A stretch of DNA of 64,000 bases from Mizuhopecten yessoensis (Eukaryota). The stretch spans positions 1,645,038-1,709,037 of the forward strand of contig NW_018406415.1 of the NCBI RefSeq assembly GCF_002113885.1. Reading direction: 5' to 3'. This document shows positions 52,199 through 64,000 of the stretch, piece by piece (the stretch's first letter is position 1; every line of letters starts with the position of its first letter). Under the pieces are notes generated by a model that did no database searches, was not told where the DNA came from, and worked only from the letters and a program-made list of their open reading frames with translations. The translations under genes and the position numbers were made by a program.

Positions 52199-54345
52199 CG
52201 CGCTTTATCATTGAAAGGTAGACACCTTTGGTATTCCCGCAGCTATAACAGACACTGTTCAATGGAGCTTAACAAGTATAGATCAACAACAGGAGCAAGA
52301 AACATTTTCTTTAAATTTAAATCGCAAAAGATTACTAAACTGTCATGTAAACATTTTTTTTTATTGCAGAAGTATTACTGTCAAGAAGATTATTTTTTTT
52401 CGTTAAATTCTTTTGTAGTTAACGCCAGCAAGAGAGGTATGCCATGGTTGTGTTTGAAGACGATGCGATACGCAAGAGTTTGCCTTAATATTGAATTCCT
52501 CTTACTTTACTGTAACACGTTGGACAAAACGTGCTAGATAATCACCCAATCAGTTCAAACTTTTTAGACAATCGATCGACAAATTGCCTACATTAGTCGC
52601 CTCAGAAAAGTATGCAGCAGTTTAAAGTAGACCATTGCTTTCTCCATTTGCATGCAGGTACATTTTGTGACGTCAAACATACTTGATAGCAAGATATTCG
52701 AATGAGATTAAGTCCTATTATTCAGGTTATGTTTGTTTTCAGGTACATGAACCCACAGTGATAAACCATATATACATTTATCACCGCTCTCTTGCCATAC
52801 ACTTGATAATACATCTAAAGCTGATAACATATACTCTAATGATAAAGGACCAGAGTATTGTCATCCTCGATACGCTCACTTTCGCTCTCTGGCTATGTCT
52901 GGTGTCGGGGATAAAGGAAACTGGGACTAACCCCTTTATTATGTCATAGCTGATCGAAGGCGGCTCAGTGTGCGTCACCTTGTGGATTGTACACCAAACG
53001 AATCTTGTGGTCGCATCACGGTAAACTTTACTAGCTTTAAAGTCGGGGGTCGCTCCTTTGCTATCGTCAAAGGACAGGTATCAGCATGCGATCGAGGCTA
53101 ATCAAATAGCTAGCCGCGTGCCTTCACATTTGCTTTGACATATTCCATGGGTACAAAGAAAGAAGGTGACCGCAACTCCCGGATTATCGAGGATGGAATA
53201 TAGTCTGCACTTCAATAAGTGTTTATAAGTAATTATACAAAATAAACAAAACAATAACATAACCCCTATAAAGAAATAAACCCCTTATACAAAATGTATC
53301 AAAGCTTTCTAAAAAAATATTTCTGGAGTCAAGAAAGTCATTTTAACTCATTACGTAATATACACGTATAACTTACAGTACCTATAAGCAAACGCTTCAT
53401 TGAGTATGTTACTACGGTAATCATGACAAATGGTTTCCATCCGATTTAAATGATTTTTAAAATTACCATTTTCTGATAATATCAAAACGTTTGAAACAAT
53501 TTGTTGTGCTGTCAAGCTGTTAGGGTTAGTAGCTGTCATATACGAAAATAAACTAATGTTTTGAAAAAAATTACAAGCAACATACCCGTAACACATTGCC
53601 CCTGAAAATTCGTGCTCAAGTGTATATTCTTCCAAAGTGATTTAAATAATAAATAACAAAACTTATTTTCATATCTAATGGAGCTAAAATGTTCCGCATC
53701 AAAAAATATTCCATTAGCGTTGCCTTGTTGTGATCATCACACAACAATTACGTGAAAAATTTCAGATTGTTTGGGTAAAAAATTTAGTAATTTAATAACC
53801 ATAAATTGCAGTCAAAAGTGAAAAATATTTCATTATTCTTAATTTGTTAGGGTCATAAGTGACATTTCGTTACAACATTATTCTTGTAACGATTTTTGTA
53901 TCAGAAAGGAACTATTTCTTTAATTCGGTTGATGTAAAAGAACTTAAATCCTGTACAGGTATGGAGAAAACCTCAAGCTTATATGTCAGCTACATGTATA
54001 TAGCGAGGTTGGATAAAGTGTATATATTTCGACTGTTAAGTATGAGTGTATGATAGGAGTGTCAACACTTAAAGGTGAACAACCACCAAATGCTAAAACA
54101 CGTCAAATTTAGTGTCAAAATATTAATAAAACATATTATAATTAGTTGTCATTCTATTTTTTCAAAAAAAAAAATCCGTATTTGTGCATAATTTATTATT
54201 TGAAAACGGCCCGTTTAATCGTACACCTTGGGAAGCACAGAGGATGTACGCAGTTACTTCCCTTTGGCTGTGACGTCATTTGTGACGACCGGAAAGCGCG
54301 CAAGCTGTCAGTTCAGAGGCAGTCGTCCGGAAAACGTAAACAAAC

Positions 54346-54633
54346 ACGGTACATTGTGCTGCGCTGAACTGTAACAGTAATTCCAATAATGAAGAGAAAA
54401 TCAGTATGTTCCTGTTCCCAAAGGACAAAAAGATGCGGAAAACATGGACAATTTAGGTAAAGAGAAAGGGATTTTCTCCAACCTTACACACAAGACTCTG
54501 TCAAAACCATTTTGCACCAGGCAGCTTCGTCACAAGTGAGAGATCCACGATTGATGTCGTCGATAGGCTTTCAATCTAAAAGTCTGAGATTAATCCGGGA
54601 CCGATACCAACACTTTTTGATTATTCACCGAAG
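54346..54633 (+). pseudogene. THAP (C2CH) DNA-binding domain, N-terminus of the transposase; disabled
   Basis: (ACG)VHCAALNCNSNSNNEEKISMFLFPKDKKMRKTWTI*VKRKGFSPTLHTRLCQNHFAPGSF..., then a frameshifted LRL...IPTLFDY (AVPTIF box). TAG at 54454. Confidence 0.85.
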
Positions 54634-54651
54634 TTTCAAGCAGTTTGGTTC

Positions 54652-55117
54652 ACACGTCAACCCCTTAAACCGAGTGTTTGGCAACTGAAGAATCTTTTCC
54701 CGAGGGTTTAGATTCCTCTATCTTACCCACAAGGGGGTGAATGATTCTTTTTCTCTTACCCTGTTCTTCCGATGTGTATCATATACACAATGTAATGACA
54801 ACGTTACATGCTAAATTCAGGGTTGGCGCGTTGTTGATGGATTGTTGACGTGACGTTATTGTATTGTTGAAGTGACGTCACACCATTGTTATGAATAGGG
54901 GAATCCCCCCGTCTCAGCCCTAGGGCGGAGACAGATAAATCTAGCACCGGCAAAACGGGAGATAAATCTGTCAGGTGTGGGAGAAATATAGAATCATTCA
55001 CCCCCCTTGGGGGTGAGATAGGGGAATCTCAACCCGAGGGGGAAGATTCCTCTATCTCACCCCCAAGGGGGTGAATGATTCTATATATCTCACCCCAAGG
55101 GGATGAAACATTTTATT
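54652..55117. mobile_element. Nested non-autonomous element (family of 31210-31700)
   Basis: GAGTGTTTGGCAACT.AGAATCTTT.CCCGAGGGTT...TGTGTATCATATACACAATGTAATGA.AACGTTACATGCTAAATTCAGGGTTG matches 31400-31570; hairpin termini at 54990-55105. Confidence 0.75.
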
Positions 55118-56517
55118 AATCCCAACTCGTACGCGTTCCACAACAATTCCCATTTTAGAACTTTGCTATTTTAGTATTTCAACTTTTACTTTCTCTAACA
55201 AAAGAACATGTCTTATTATTATGTAGTATATTTATATTAATCTATCAAATACTAAAATAAAATAACATAGGTTTAATATATTTTTGGTTTCTTCTGTCTT
55301 TCTAGAATATTGTGACCTATCGGTTGTAAAACTGGAAGCTTGTTTACTATGCCATGTAGTCAAGATACGTTTGTAGTTTTAACACTTTCTGAAACATTAC
55401 TGGTTATACATGTACTTTCAAACTGCTCCAACTTCCTAAAGTGACCCGCAACCTATAATAAGTGTCTTTGTCACAGCTAGCTATATAGAAACCTGTCGTG
55501 ACTGAAAAAAAATACTAATACACTTAAAATAGAAATGTAATGAACTCGTCCATGGCGAAAATACATATATTTTTTAGTTTCTAACTGCTGTTACATCGGC
55601 GGTATTTGGTGGATTTGAGCAGAACCAGTCTTCAAATTAAGCTATAGCATTACATCGGTTCTCGAAAGTGTGTGCACAAATTCGGAAGTGGAACTTTCTA
55701 AACATTTCAATTTTGTTTAGTCGGACAACTACACGTAAAAAAAAAAAGTGTACCCTATATGTAACAGGGTCAACACATTTCGACTAATGGGCACAGCCTC
55801 GGATAAGAAATATACTAGGAGACTAGTCTATATCCTTTCTTACACTTATTCGAGAAATTAACAACAACAATTTTCCTTGCTTACTTTCATTGTATAACTC
55901 TCCTGTTGTTGCCCCCGTGGCTTCTATCAGGGCATAACAAATGAGCCAGATACCCAACGTGTATCGAGTATCCTGAAAAAAATTCAACGATCAGGCCTAC
56001 TCAGCGATCGATAGTTTACCTTTTTATTGTTAGTTACGAGTCTAGATCACTCTGATTTTATCAATTATCGTTAACTTTCAAAATATACATTTATTACGTC
56101 AATATAACGAGTTTATATCGTCTGATGTAACATAAATAACGATGCTTTAATGTGGTGTACGAACTTTCCGGAAAACCTGTACGAACAATACACGGTTCTG
56201 TACGGATTTATCCGCCTCCAACTTTTATTCTTCAAATAGTATAAACTGAAGCCAGAGAGTAAAACTTTACCCGAACATTAGGGCTCTTTAGGAGTCCTTT
56301 GGTTCTTACGGAAAGTTGCATAGAAGCGATGTGATTAGCGATCTTGTCCAAAGGTGTACAATCATACACGGACGCACTCTACGAAACACCGAACAGGAAA
56401 AGAGTAAGGAGCAATGTCGTGCGGAAAAGGCGGATACTTGAGGTAGGCATGCGTCAAATACTTTACATATCTAAATGCATTTTGTACCAAGGATTGAAAA
56501 ATCGAGCTTAAACGAAC

Positions 56518-56723
56518 CATTCTGGTGTAAGATCTTCATTGACGCAAGCCATATTGCCGGTTTCTTGACCCTGTTCGTCGTCATTAACATCCAACTCAGA
56601 CGATTCAGGTTCACTTATAACCTCTTAATCGTTGCAGTCTGGCTCAGACAGGTATGGCTGAATGTCCAGTGTGAAGGGCATTTCTGGAATATCCTCGTTG
56701 TCACTAAAATCCATGGAATCCAT
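56518..56723 (-). pseudogene. First exon of a KolX / P2X7-ballast-like accessory gene; disabled
   Basis: MDSMDFSDNEDIPEMPFTLDIQPYLSEPDCND*EVISEPESSELDVNDDEQGQETGNMACVNEDLTPEW|GT: a (I)QPYxFEP-like motif, acidic linker and Trp at the exon end. Premature TAA at 56625-56627. Confidence 0.6.
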
Positions 56724-56982
56724 AGCCCCGGTACCAACTAGTTCAATAGTTGTTGTGACAGACGGCCGTCGCAAATGACGTCACAGCTCTTCCGGTTTAA
56801 CGAACGATAACTCGTGCTAACTTGTATTTGAGATTTTCAATACCAGTTACAAAATTTGCTGATTTTCGCAACTTTTGTGTTTTCAAAATATTTTTCATTT
56901 TACGGAAGGGATATTTAATGAATAATGCCCCCAAAAAATGCAAAATATGTGAAAATGAAATTGGGTTTTTATCACCTTTAAG

Positions 56983-57130
56983 GATTGAACGTCTGTCAGA
57001 TTGCAGTTACAGCCAATATGAATGCAATCGGCGTGACAGATAAATAATCATGACGTCATACCGCTCTATTTATCTGTCGCCCAGATTGCATTCATATTGG
57101 CTGTAACTGCAATCTGACTGACGTTCAATC
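56983..57130. repeat. About 150-bp palindrome, probably the end of another MITE
   Basis: GATTGAACGTC.GTCAGATTGCAGTTACAGCCAATATGAATGCAATC ... GATTGCATTCATATTGGCTGTAACTGCAATCTGAC.GACGTTCAATC. Confidence 0.8.
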
Positions 57131-57922
57131 GTTATATTTACAAATCCTCATACGACTTATTTTTAAATAATTGGTCGGATGAACTTAATTTATCTACCTT
57201 CCTACTCTGGATGTCTTCATTGTTTGCAAAACCCGTCAAAATGCGACTTGTATGAACCAAACGACAACAACAAGATGGCGGCTATCGTACAAATTGATGA
57301 CGTCGCTGTAACGATTGGAGTGGTTGCTGACACTGACGTCACGGAAACCGTGGTCATGTGACTAGACAATGCAGACTACAGTTACTGAGTTAATGGAAAA
57401 TGGGGAGGGCATATGTAAATATAATTTATTTGGGGGAAAATCGAAGACGTTTACAACCTGATATGTCTAAGAAGAAAAGCATCACTCCATGAACAAATTT
57501 TATAGGTATTCAAAAATGATTACTATCAGAATGCAAGAGAACGTGACTCACACGTCGAACTTGTATCATCTACCAGTTAAGCAACTCAATAGCATGGTTG
57601 AAGAGCAATCGATAAACGAATTTACCCGTATACGGCGGACCACGAAATATCTCATATAGACAAGGAGTACTGCGCTGTTAGGAGGCAATTGCCATCACAC
57701 GCGTGGTATTGATGTTCCCCAGACACAGTAAAAAACACTGTACAAAATACTACTTTACTGAAATTTCATCAAGAGATTATCAGAGAAACGTAGTTCATAG
57801 TACGACTTTTGAACGTGTTTACAAAGTTCATCGCGAGCTTGGCAATTTATTGCTTCATCAAATGATACAAAACTGTTTTGATATTTCACAAAGTGACAAT
57901 TGGCATCTTAAGGAAGAGAATT

Positions 57923-60193
57923 ATGTTCTGCCTTGTACTAGTTGTCAGCGCTATAGCAGGTAAGTTATAATTGATATTGATAGTATTGATATAAAATCGA
58001 TTACATGTTGTGTCGCGGTTCGGCTACTTGATCGTCAAACATCGGTTCGGTGCACATTTATCACAACAGTAAGTGGATGAGCTATCCATTCACAACGAAA
58101 TCTTTTACAGTTTTTAACAAGACAACATCCTTCGATAGTTTAGCACAGGTGTTGATTCCGTTTATAAAATCGTGTAATGTAAGATATATCTTAACATGTT
58201 TTGGTTTTGAAGCCTGGCATACGAATGTGGTCAAATGGTTCACTGCCACGTATACAGTATAAGGATACGGGCAAAGTAGTAATAACGACAGTGCAGACAA
58301 CGATATTTGTCAAATCGTCGGGGCGATCTGCCCCTTTATCGAGACAGGAACATGAAAAATTTACATATCACAACATAAAACAGAGAACAAAAGTCACCAT
58401 GAAACAATAATACAATAGAAAATACATAAACAAACAAGGAGAAATTACTTATATAAAATAAGCTGTTGTAAATGTATATCCCCTCGGTTAGCTTGCAACC
58501 GAAGGCTTATTATAGAAACTAATTCATCTGGAATACGTTCCATTTGCAGTGTATCAATTAACTTTAATAGATGTTGATAAGATTTTAACAACAATTTAAG
58601 CCTAAAGGCTAAGGATGTTTAATGGTCTCGTTAGCTCTTGAATCACCATTAGATTCTACACTAAATGAGTTAAGCAACTAAGGGCCATGGTGCAAACGTT
58701 TGTTAATACTAAGGTCATCGATATCTTGAGTCGATGCAGCGTTTTTACTCTGCATCACATGAGGCACCTCAATTTCCGTTTTGATTTGATACAGCCACTA
58801 TGGGACAGACGTGTACAAACTGGCTTCACAACACTGCAAGGGATGCTAAAATGGACAACTTTAAATACCGCGAAATTGGAGGGATGGGAAGAAATGAATG
58901 TGGGGAGACATGTGTCGCCAGCGATTCGTGTCTGTCTGTCAACTTCAACCACCATACCTTAATCTGTCAAGTCAACAGGAAAGTTACACCAAAAGAGGAC
59001 CTTGTGTACACGTCAGGCTGGGAGTATATTGATAAAATGGCATTACTGCAGGTATTTATATATATGTTATGTTATCATCCCTTTATAAATGGGGATTTTA
59101 TCTTAGTTGTAAAAGTTTAATAAACATTTAACCACTGTCACGTCACATTAAGAACATAACGAAAGAGTCAAACACTCACAATACAAATATGTTCAATGGT
59201 GTATATGCATTTGTGCTACATGTTGTTGTTTTTTGCCTCCTCTGCGATAGCGCGGATACTGATTCTTACTTTAGAGTGCTACTTCACTGAGGCTAATTTA
59301 ATGTAATATTGAATGAGAAAACAGCTCAATCCATCGCTCTACGAACATGACCATGACAAGATGCAAGCCTATATGTCTTCATTGAACATAATGAAAAATA
59401 ACTGAAATGTACAAACAAAAACTGTAAAAACAATGTTATAAATAATAATACATAATAAATCTTTATTTTTCAATACGATTCCCCTCAGGTAATGGATGAC
59501 AAATGTGCAGCCAGTCCGTGCCCTGCCTTATCCACGTGCATAGTCCTGAGGTCAGGGTTCACCATTTGTGTAAAAAGCGGTAAATATGTTAATTATAATG
59601 TCCATTTCTTGATCCATCCATATTACGGTGATGGGCACCTTGCCATATGTAACGCTACAGCAAGATTTCAGAATCTTAGATTTCAGTCCTAGTGTATTCA
59701 GTCTAGTACTGATATTGGATGGTATCCATTAACAAAAACATATATAAATATAAATAAAAATAAAACAGGTTTAAAAGAATATTGATTTTTAGTGCGTAAT
59801 TTGCACAAACAGAAAATATTCTTACTAACAGAAGGGAATTATTTTCTTCTAATAATGTAGACAGACGTTCTTTGTTGAGGATATTTACATGTTTAACCAG
59901 TGGCTAATCTTCCACATGGTCCTCGATTTTATTTTCTATATTGATATTCTTAACGGTGAACAAAGAGTAACCCTTTCCCCGAACTGTTTGTTATTTTCTA
60001 TGTCACAGAATGTGCCGATGCGCCAGTAGTTGCCTTCACAGAGCCGATAACTTCTCGTTTGTTTCCTGTGGGAAGAATAATCAGATACAAGTGTGCCACA
60101 AATTACACTTTCGGATACGGAACTGGTGAACTCACCTGCCTAGCAAATGGACAGTTTGAAAATATCGATTTCGAATGTGTACCTTACTGGTAG
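57923..60193 (+). CDS. Small secreted PAN/apple + EGF-like + sushi (CCP) domain protein, about 189 aa
   Basis: Exons 57923-57959 (signal MFCLVLVVSAIA|ATMG), 58795-59051 (ECGETCVASDSCLSVNFNHHTLICQVN...GWEY, PAN-like), 59489-59579 (DKCAASPCPALSTCIVLRSGFTICV, EGF-like), 60009-60193 (ECADAP...GRIIRYKCATNY...LTCLANGQFENIDFEC, sushi). Phases consistent. Confidence 0.8.
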
Positions 60194-60529
60194 GTCTATT
60201 CGGTCATTTATAAATTGGGTTGACTTAACATTTCAATTATCTTACAGTATAGACGTTTTCATGATTTCATTGAATTAATTCTATAATAATAATTGCTAAG
60301 CACGAATCCTTTTTGTATTCCTCTTCCCTCTTTTAAATATGTACAGTATTTATTTTTACACACTTTTGCAAATTCAATTATTGGCCCCAAGTATCACTTT
60401 TTATTTTTTTTAAATCTTCTTTTATGTAAAAAAAAAAAAACATTTTTTCTTTATTCTTACATTATATCCTTCAAAACAATATACTTTAAAATCGGGATTG
60501 TTTTACAGTTTTAAGATCTGTTACAAATA

Positions 60530-61157
60530 CAAACAAGAGGCCCAATGGGCCTGCATCGCTCACCTGGTATTAATCTCACACTTGTAATCTGAAAAGTGGA
60601 CAACAATACAGCTACAGACAGAAGAATATCAGTGTGTGATTATTATAAGATTTAAACATATGACGCCTGTGACCTTGAATGTCGATCAAGGACAAGGTTG
60701 AAGGTGGGTCAAGGTCATTCATTTGAACAAACTTGTTAGTCCTTCATCCCAGCATGCTACAGGCCCAATTTCAGTACCCTTTGCCTTTTGGTTATTGAGA
60801 AGTGGTTTGAGGATTTTACGAAATTTGACCCCCGTGACCTTGAAAGTGAGTCAAGGTCATTCATTTTGACAAACTTGGTAGCCCTTCATCTCAGCATGCT
60901 ACAGGCCCAATAGCAGTACCCTGGGTCTTTTGGTTTTTTAGAAGAAGTTGTTTGAAGATTTTAAGACATTTGTCACCTGTCACCTTAAAAGTTGGTCAAG
61001 TTCATTCATTTGAACAAACTTGGTAGGCCTTAATTCCAGCATGCTACTGGCCAAATATCATCAGCCTGGGCCTCATGGTTATTGAGAAGAAGTTGTTTAA
61101 AGTAAAAAGTTGACGCCGGGCGGACGGACGACGGACCAATTCACTTGGCCCTTAAAA
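60530..61157 (+). mobile_element. Helentron-associated non-autonomous element (HINE / pearl-like) with about 150-bp internal tandem repeats
   Basis: Starts AAACAAGAGGCCCAATGGGCCT..CGCTCACCTG (hairpin). Three copies of GTCAAGGTCATTCATTTGAACAAACTTGGTAG..CAGCATGCTACAGGCCCAA, a GGAC microsatellite near 61120, and ends TTCACTTGGCCCTTAAAA. Confidence 0.7.
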
Positions 61158-61368
61158 ATGTACCTCATATACTGTACGTAATGCAGAACGGCTATGATGG
61201 TGATTGATCTATTCAACGTAGACTATAGTACTATCCCACTGAAATACTCAACTAAATGCTATATTATCACAACTAATCAAGAGTTTGCTTCGTTTCTTAT
61301 AACAGATGGTGTTCGCCGTCGAGATTCACATCGACTACAGTGACATGTAAACAGCGATTCAATTTACA

Positions 61369-62360
61369 ATTCTTCGTACAGTATACCTGTCAACAAGGTG
61401 GATCACATTCTACGTACAGTATACCTGTCAACAAGGTGGATCACATTCTACGTACAGTATACCTGTCAACAAGGTGGATCACATTCTACGTACAGTATAC
61501 CTGTCAACAAGGTGGATCACATTCTACGTACAGTATACCTGTCAACAAGGTGGATCACATTCTACGTACAGTATACCTGTCAACAAGGTGGATCACATTC
61601 TACGTACAGTATACCTGTCAACAAGGTGGATCACATTCTACGTACAGTATACCTGTCAACAAGGTGGATCACATTCTACGTACAGTATACCTGTCAACAA
61701 GGTGGATCACATTCTACGTACAGTATACCTGTCAACAAGGTGGATCACATTCTACGTACAGTATACCTGTCAACAAGGTGGATCACATTCTACGTACAGT
61801 ATACCTGTCAACAAGGTGGATCACATTCTACGTACAGTATACCTGTCAACAAGGTGGATCACATTCTACGTACAGTATACCTGTCAACAAGGTGGATCAC
61901 ATTCTACGTACAGTATACCTGTCAACAAGGTGGATCACATTCTACGTACAGTATACCTGTCAACAAGGTGGATCACATTCTACGTACAGTATACCTGTCA
62001 ACAAGGTGGATCACATTCTACGTACAGTATACCTGTCAACAAGGTGGATCACATTCTACGTACAGTATACCTGTCAACAAGGTGGATCACATTCTACGTA
62101 CAGTATACCTGTCAACAAGGTGGATCACATTCTACGTACAGTATACCTGTCAACAAGGTGGATCACATTCTACGTACAGTATACCTGTCAACAAGGTGGA
62201 TCACATTCTACGTACAGTATACCTGTCAACAAGGTGGATCACATTCTACGTACAGTATACCTGTCAACAAGGGGGATCACATTCTACGTACAGTATACCT
62301 GTCAACAAGGTGGATCACATTCTACGTACAGTATACCTGTCAACAAGGTGGATCACATTC
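61369..62360. repeat. 38-bp minisatellite, about 26 nearly identical copies
   Basis: Unit ATTCTACGTACAGTATACCTGTCAACAAGGTGGATCAC; one internal substitution seen at 62273. Confidence 0.98.
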
Positions 62361-63712
62361 GTTTATGAATTTTGTTGATAACGAAGAACGAATTGGAATT
62401 CGTCTTAACTGTTGAAATAGGTAATATTGTTCTTTATTATGAATTATTATAACAGAGCAATTCTTTGCGATCTATTTGATAATAGATATATATATATCAT
62501 GCGTGTACTATTCTGAAAAGGAAGTCATGGATATTGGATGGTGACCATTGGCCTTTTTCAGTGGAATTATGTGTAAATACGTTTTGATAAGTTCACTGAT
62601 AGACACAGGCTTGTTTCCTAATCACATGGTTTATCAATTACAAATTTGACGTTACTGCCGGTCTATGCTTTAAATTTAGCCAACTATGTATATATCTTAT
62701 ATCTCGGAGTGTTTATGGTTGTGCATTCTATAACCACCTCTTTACGCATCCTCTCGTTTTACGGAGAGACTAATACAATATTTTACCTGTAACTTAGTTG
62801 ATGTTGTTTATCGCAACTTTTAGTTCGAAAAGAACTATCCAATTTTGCTAAAAACTACAAGTATCCCACCTTGGGCCTCAAATGATAATGACCTCTTCAC
62901 TACTAAAGCTACATTTGAATGCTTCCGCATAAAAATGTAGTCTGTCCTTACATAGATAACAACGTATTTCCCAGTGTAGATTATATTTTATCTACACCAT
63001 CAAAACTATACATATAACGACAAAACAGAACACTTATAATGCAAATTGTCAATTTAACAGTTAACACGCAGATGAATACATCGTAGTGTAAAAATTCCGC
63101 GAAATGTCACGTAAAGGTACAAGACAAATGACGAGATAGAAAAATCTAGCATGGGGTATGACGTGGGATATCTCTGTCTGAGGTGCGAGAATATTGTATT
63201 TTGAAAGATGATATTTAAACGGCCTAAGTATGGACCTTTTGTGTAAATAGATTAGAACATATTGCAATAATATGATTGTATTCGTGTTCCTAAGTTAAAT
63301 CTCTAATTGTGAGTTGTCAGGAAGTAGGTTAGCTGCCCGTAGAGTACGTTTTAAAGCAAACTTCAAACAGGACGGATCACAGAACACCACCATGTGGTAT
63401 TCTCACTAGATATTCAAGAAATTCGTCGTTAGGGAGTACATTTTTTGTTCCTCTGACTACAAAAATATCCAGTTCACAACTTGGTTGTTCATTCCGTAAA
63501 TCTTTATTATTTTCTGTTAAACGTCTTTAGGGGAACTAACCAATCGTTGTCATAAGATCAGTACAATAGGATATTCTGAAATGAAATAAAATGAAATCGT
63601 TGTCATACGTGTCATCAATCTAACCTCTGCTGACCAAACCTTCCAATCTTCTTAAATATAAACTTTATTTATTTTACGAAACTTATGAAACAAGTAATTG
63701 TAACTGATATCA

Positions 63713-63900
63713 ATCACTTTTGTTGGCCCAGATGTTAGCGCAGGAGATGTGGGTCTTAATGTGGGAAGAAACCGGAGTACCCGAAGAAAACTCACGTGGT
63801 TGGACAGAAGACCCCATACATTTTCACGTTCGATCGGGGAAACGAGCCCCGGCTGCCGTGGTTAAAGACGAGTACGTTATCCACTGCTCCACCCGACCAC
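63713..63900 (-). mobile_element. tRNA-derived V-type SINE, second copy
   Basis: Colinear with 803-1006 (GATGTTAGCGCA..GGTCTTA.TGTGG.AG.AAACCGGAGTAC.CG.AGAAAAC.CACGTGGTTGG). Confidence 0.7.
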
Positions 63901-64000
63901 CATATCCATTCTTGTCTCACTATTAAAAGTTCTACAGTTGTCCTTTGGTGATTAATCCTCACAGTTTGCAACTTTGAATCTTCTTCTCCATATAAAACGC

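Larger units (their letters stand above)
54073..56977. mobile_element. Internally deleted Kolobok-type DNA transposon
   Basis: TTAA TSD (54069-54072, 56978-56981); short TIRs AGGTGAACAACC / GGTTTTTATCACCT; 25-bp subterminal inverted repeat (54267-54291 versus 56763-56787); THAP remnant on + and PYxxEP-protein remnant on -. Confidence 0.8.

Noticed and set aside
60188-61340. Selenocysteine interpretation of the spliced TG|A codon
   Set aside because: No SECIS-like structure was recognised, and the downstream frame is satellite-derived.
61369-62360. CRISPR-like array or 313-342 aa repeat proteins
   Set aside because: Units are contiguous with no unique spacers and no cas genes, in a eukaryotic context. 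The three ORFs are one stop-free 38-bp unit cycling through frames.

Overview
Eukaryotic, AT-rich, intron-rich animal DNA, most likely a bivalve mollusc draft scaffold (inferred from the repeat families; one 699-N gap and two single-N joins). By manual splicing I reconstruct six multi-exon protein-coding genes: a C2orf42 homologue (-, 3' end runs off the window), CHID1 (+), RDM1 (-), METTL21D/VCPKMT (+, head-to-head with RDM1), an apolipoprotein D-like lipocalin (-) and a small secreted PAN/apple-EGF-sushi protein (+). Introns and intergenic DNA hold many MITEs, SINEs, a LINE 3' end, Helentron-type non-autonomous elements and four minisatellites. Two elements stand out. (1) A 391-bp miniature LTR retrotransposon (TRIM) whose LTRs carry tRNA-type Pol III A/B boxes, with PBS, PPT and 4-bp TSD (34958-35348; further copies at about 11740-12148 and 35500-35605). 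(2) A TTAA-flanked Kolobok-type DNA transposon relic (54073-56977) with convergent THAP and P2X7-ballast/KolX-like pseudogenes, mirrored CRE-containing subterminal repeats and a possibly captured host exon. Both resemble known element classes, so I cannot claim a wholly new system. There is no CRISPR array or prokaryotic system; the long repetitive ORFs come from satellites or N gaps.
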